DNA of 64,000 nucleotides from an uncultured cyanobacterium (GTDB lineage Bacteria; Cyanobacteriota; Cyanobacteriia; Cyanobacteriales; CAWCAG01): NCBI GenBank assembly GCA_963803805.1, contig CAWDOD010000002.1, positions 224,001 to 288,000 of the forward strand, read 5' to 3'. Shown piece by piece: positions 60,760 to 64,000 of this stretch (position 1 is its first letter; each line of letters starts with the position of its first letter). The notes under the pieces were generated by a model. It saw only the letters and a program-made list of their open reading frames with translations, ran no database searches and was not told where the DNA came from. The position numbers and the translations under genes were made by a program.

Positions 60760-61698
60760 ATGCTCAATTTAAGTAATCAAAGAATTCTTGTAACTGGCGG
60801 GGCTGGTTTCCTAGGCCGCCAAGTGGTAGACCAACTTTGTCAAGCAGGAGCTAAAGCTGAGAAAATTAGTGTACCACGCTCGGTAGACTGTGATTTACGC
60901 TCCCTAGAAAAATGTCAACAAGCAGTGGCTGAGCAAGATATTGTTATTCACTTAGCTGCCCATGTGGGAGGAATTGGTTTAAATAGGGAAAAACCGGCGG
61001 AGCTTTTTTACGATAATTTGATGATGGGAGCGCAACTAATCCATTGTGCCTATGAGGCTGGAGTAGAAAAGTTTGTTTGTTTGGGTACTATTTGTGCTTA
61101 CCCTAAATATACTCCTGTACCCTTCACTGAAGACGATCTTTGGGCAGGGTATCCTGAAGAAACCAATGCTCCCTACGGGATCGCAAAAAAGGCTCTTTTG
61201 GTACAACTCCAAGCTTACCGCCAACAATATGGCTTTGATGGTATTTATCTTTTGCCAGTTAATCTTTATGGACCAGAAGATAATTTCGATCCTAGTAGTT
61301 CTCATGTTATTCCTGCTTTAATTCGTAAAGTTTACGAAGCTAAACAAAAGGGAGATCATAAGTTAGCAGTTTGGGGAGATGGTAGCCCTACTCGCGAATT
61401 TCTCTATTCTACAGATGCAGCTAAGGGAATCGTTATGGCAACCCAAAAATATAATGGCGCAGAACCTGTTAATTTGGGAACTAACCACGAGATTTCTATT
61501 AAGGAATTAGTAGAATTAATTTGCGAGTTAATGAACTTTACAGGAGAAATCGTTTGGCAAATAGATAAACCAAATGGGCAACCTCGCCGCTGTTTAAATA
61601 CTCAAAGGGCAAAGCAAGAGTTTGATTTTGAAGCCCAAACAGATTTTCGCCAAGGCTTAAAGCAAACTATTGAGTGGTATCAAGAAAACCCCCAATAA
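60760..61698 (+). CDS. fcl: GDP-L-fucose synthase
   Basis: [29 protein letters not shown]. Confidence 0.93.
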   Translation: MLNLSNQRILVTGGAGFLGRQVVDQLCQAGAKAEKISVPRSVDCDLRSLEKCQQAVAEQDIVIHLAAHVGGIGLNREKPAELFYDNLMMGAQLIHCAYEAGVEKFVCLGTICAYPKYTPVPFTEDDLWAGYPEETNAPYGIAKKALLVQLQAYRQQYGFDGIYLLPVNLYGPEDNFDPSSSHVIPALIRKVYEAKQKGDHKLAVWGDGSPTREFLYSTDAAKGIVMATQKYNGAEPVNLGTNHEISIKELVELICELMNFTGEIVWQIDKPNGQPRRCLNTQRAKQEFDFEAQTDFRQGLKQTIEWYQENPQ

Positions 61699-61716
61699 TT
61701 AGGTTAGAGAAAAACC

Positions 61717-62199
61717 ATGGCGATCGCAATTACTATTGATTCTGAAGCAATAAATAATCTCGATTTATCTCCAGCAGGCAAACAGATTGAAAAACTATTG
61801 CAACCCGAAGATATCCTGGCCCAAGAACAACAATTGACCTTTACAATTGATTATTCCCGCCCAGAAACAGATCCTAGAGAACTTTCAGAAATTCCTGAAA
61901 TACGTTTGTGGTTTTTACGCTTAGATTCCCAATATCCTTGGCTACCCTTGTTTCTTGATTGGAAATCAGGAGAACTAACTCGCTATCTAGCCATGCAAGT
62001 TCCCCATCAATTTAGTCGGGCTGAAGGAATTCAATTTAACCCTGAAGCTTTGGAAATTTTTGTTATGAAAAAGATTTTTATTATTACTCATTGGCTTGAA
62101 GAAAAGGGTTTACCTAGTAAATCTCGTCTTCAAGCAATGGCTCAAACAATTGGCTATGAACTTGATGATAATTTCTTCAGCTTAATCAGCCAAAATTAA
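61717..62199 (+). CDS. CRR6 family NdhI maturation factor
   Basis: DPRELSEIPEIRLWFLRLD..YPWLP..VPHQF. Confidence 0.9.
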   Translation: MAIAITIDSEAINNLDLSPAGKQIEKLLQPEDILAQEQQLTFTIDYSRPETDPRELSEIPEIRLWFLRLDSQYPWLPLFLDWKSGELTRYLAMQVPHQFSRAEGIQFNPEALEIFVMKKIFIITHWLEEKGLPSKSRLQAMAQTIGYELDDNFFSLISQN

Positions 62200-62949
62200 T
62201 TGCAAAACTCGTTCCATATTCTCAAATTTTCCCACAATACGTCGTACCGGTTGAGGCCAAACTCTGATTAAAGTAGGAGTAGCAGAAACTTGATTAGCTT
62301 CAGTTTGTTCTGGGTGTTTGAAAATATCAATCACTTTGAGAGTATAAGGGGAATGCAAGCCTTTTTCTAAAAGTTTATGTAAGTTTTTTAAAGTATTTTC
62401 TGTAGCAGTATTATGGCCAGCAATAAAAAGTCGTAGTACGTAACTATTACTTGTTACTAACTTCTTTTTAGAATGGACGCTAATTTCTTGAGGAACAGAG
62501 TAACGAACATCAGATAAACTACGCTGATCTTCAAAGCGAAAGATTAAATCATGTTCTTCCCAAAGTTGAGGAAATCTTTCTTGATAGGTTTCTAAAATAA
62601 TGGGGCTGCAAGATTCTTCTTGCCAAGGAATAACTTGCCATTGGCTAGGAGTAGTGCCAAAAACTGAACTCAATAGCGCTTTATGCTTTTGTACTGGTGG
62701 ATGTAATTCTGCTGTAGTTCTTACTTTTTGAATATGGGAATCTAGCCAACAGTCAATAGTTGCTGTATATCCAGGTACTAAAAAATGAGGTGGTTCTGGC
62801 AAACTTAAAATTTCTTGTAAACTAGCACATAAATGTAAATGCCAACGACCTTGTTTATTAGGATCAATGCTATAAATCAAGTCTCCGCTGGGAGTAAATA
62901 AGGCAATTCCTTTAAATAGTTTTGGTGAAGGATAGGGAAGAGACATCAC
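62182..62949 (-). CDS. KaiB-domain protein with N-terminal extension
   Basis: C-terminal YVLRLFIAG..LKVIDI..ATPTLIRVWPQPVRRIVG. Confidence 0.85.
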   Translation of the reverse strand: MMSLPYPSPKLFKGIALFTPSGDLIYSIDPNKQGRWHLHLCASLQEILSLPEPPHFLVPGYTATIDCWLDSHIQKVRTTAELHPPVQKHKALLSSVFGTTPSQWQVIPWQEESCSPIILETYQERFPQLWEEHDLIFRFEDQRSLSDVRYSVPQEISVHSKKKLVTSNSYVLRLFIAGHNTATENTLKNLHKLLEKGLHSPYTLKVIDIFKHPEQTEANQVSATPTLIRVWPQPVRRIVGKFENMERVLQLILAD

Positions 62950-63067
62950 TTTAAATATGAGGGAATAAGTAATAGCATTTTTACTTATTACTTCCTCATT
63001 CCCTCATCTCATAATTCATTAACAGCCTGGACAACTTAAGAAAGAGTCGCCCAATGAAACTAATAGC

Positions 63068-64000
63068 TTAAACTCTACCTCGCAGCATTTGAGCCATTTC
63101 ATTTTGAGCAGGAGATAATTCTAGGGCCGTTTCTTCTGTAATTCTTCCTTCTTGATAAAGGTTGAACAGAGCCTTATTCATCGTAATCATGCCATCAAAT
63201 TCCCCATCTTGCATAAGCTGAAGCATTTCTTCTGGCTTATCATCTCGGATATATTCCCGCATCGTCACAGTATTAACCAAGATGTCGTGGAAAGCAGCTC
63301 GTTTACCATCGGTAGTACGACATAAACCTTGAGAAATCACAGCTACGAGGGATTCAGCTAAGGCTACTCGCATAGCAGGCTGTTCTTCAGCGTTATAAAG
63401 GGTAAGAATACGCTCAATAGTCTTGATAGCGCTGTTGGTGTGTAAAGTTCCCATCACCAAGTGACCAGTTTGAGCCGCTTTTAAAGCTGTATTAACTGTA
63501 AATTTATCCCGCATTTCCCCTACTAGAATCAAGTCAGGGTCTTCCCGTAAAGAAGCTTTAAGGGCATTATCAAATTCGAGGGTGTGCATCCCCACTTCCC
63601 TTTGCTTAATTAAAGATTTACGACTTTGATGGACAAATTCAATGGGGTCTTCAATGGTAATAATGTGCTTGGCCATGTTTTTATTGATGTAATCCACCAT
63701 TGCTGCCATAGTAGTGGATTTACCAGAACCCGTTGGCCCTGTTACCAAGACTAATCCTTTATGGGCAGAAGAAACTTCTTTAAAAACCTCTGGCAAGTTC
63801 AACTGCTCTAAAGTCAGGATTTTAAGGGGAATCAAACGCATGACCATCGAAGGCCCTGTGAGGGTTTCAAAGATATTGATCCTTACCCTAGCAAATTCGT
63901 ATTGGGTAGCCCCGTCAAACTCCAGAGTTTCTTGAAACCTCTTGATTTCTGCATCTGTTAGCACCTCACCAAGCCAACTCATAAACGTATCCCTGTCTGT
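63068..64000 (-). CDS. pilT: Type IV pilus retraction ATPase, 5'-partial
   Basis: GPTGSGKST, TIEDPIE, LREDPD..GEMRD, TGHLVMGTLHT. Confidence 0.93.
   Translation of the reverse strand, partial: TDRDTFMSWLGEVLTDAEIKRFQETLEFDGATQYEFARVRINIFETLTGPSMVMRLIPLKILTLEQLNLPEVFKEVSSAHKGLVLVTGPTGSGKSTTMAAMVDYINKNMAKHIITIEDPIEFVHQSRKSLIKQREVGMHTLEFDNALKASLREDPDLILVGEMRDKFTVNTALKAAQTGHLVMGTLHTNSAIKTIERILTLYNAEEQPAMRVALAESLVAVISQGLCRTTDGKRAAFHDILVNTVTMREYIRDDKPEEMLQLMQDGEFDGMITMNKALFNLYQEGRITEETALELSPAQNEMAQMLRGRV

Noticed and set aside
236-61727. Recurrent GCGATCGC octamer as a novel repeat
   Set aside because: This is the well-known cyanobacterial HIP1 sequence

Overview
Cyanobacterial chromosomal window: AT-rich, with more than 25 HIP1 GCGATCGC octamers, heptamer STRR-type repeats, and ocp/frp, pxcA, flv1, ycf46/ycf35, CRR6 and a KaiB-domain gene. 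Most of it is ordinary core or metabolic content: two SulP transporters, ferritin, glgA, amt, gpmI, desC, ribF, MscS x2, PPK2, a galE-glycosyltransferase-gmd-fcl polysaccharide cluster, pilT and tRNA-Gly(GCC). The most unusual items are: (1) a 306-bp tandem array (about 2.9 units, 795-1673) that starts at a histidine-kinase stop codon, replaces the 5' half of a small PepSY-TM-like gene, carries GC-rich hairpins with a compensatory base-pair change, and ends in a diverged unit whose substitutions are codon-periodic; (2) a BsuBI/PstI-type methyltransferase fused in frame to its endonuclease and interrupted by a 1-nt frameshift; (3) a CHAT (caspase-like) protease whose N-terminus resembles contractile-injection-system/DUF4157-type cargo leaders, convergent with a secreted LRR protein; (4) a small MITE-like family, two Rpn-type C-terminal remnants and several structured intergenic elements. 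All calls come from reading the sequence and recalling family motifs; no database searches were run.
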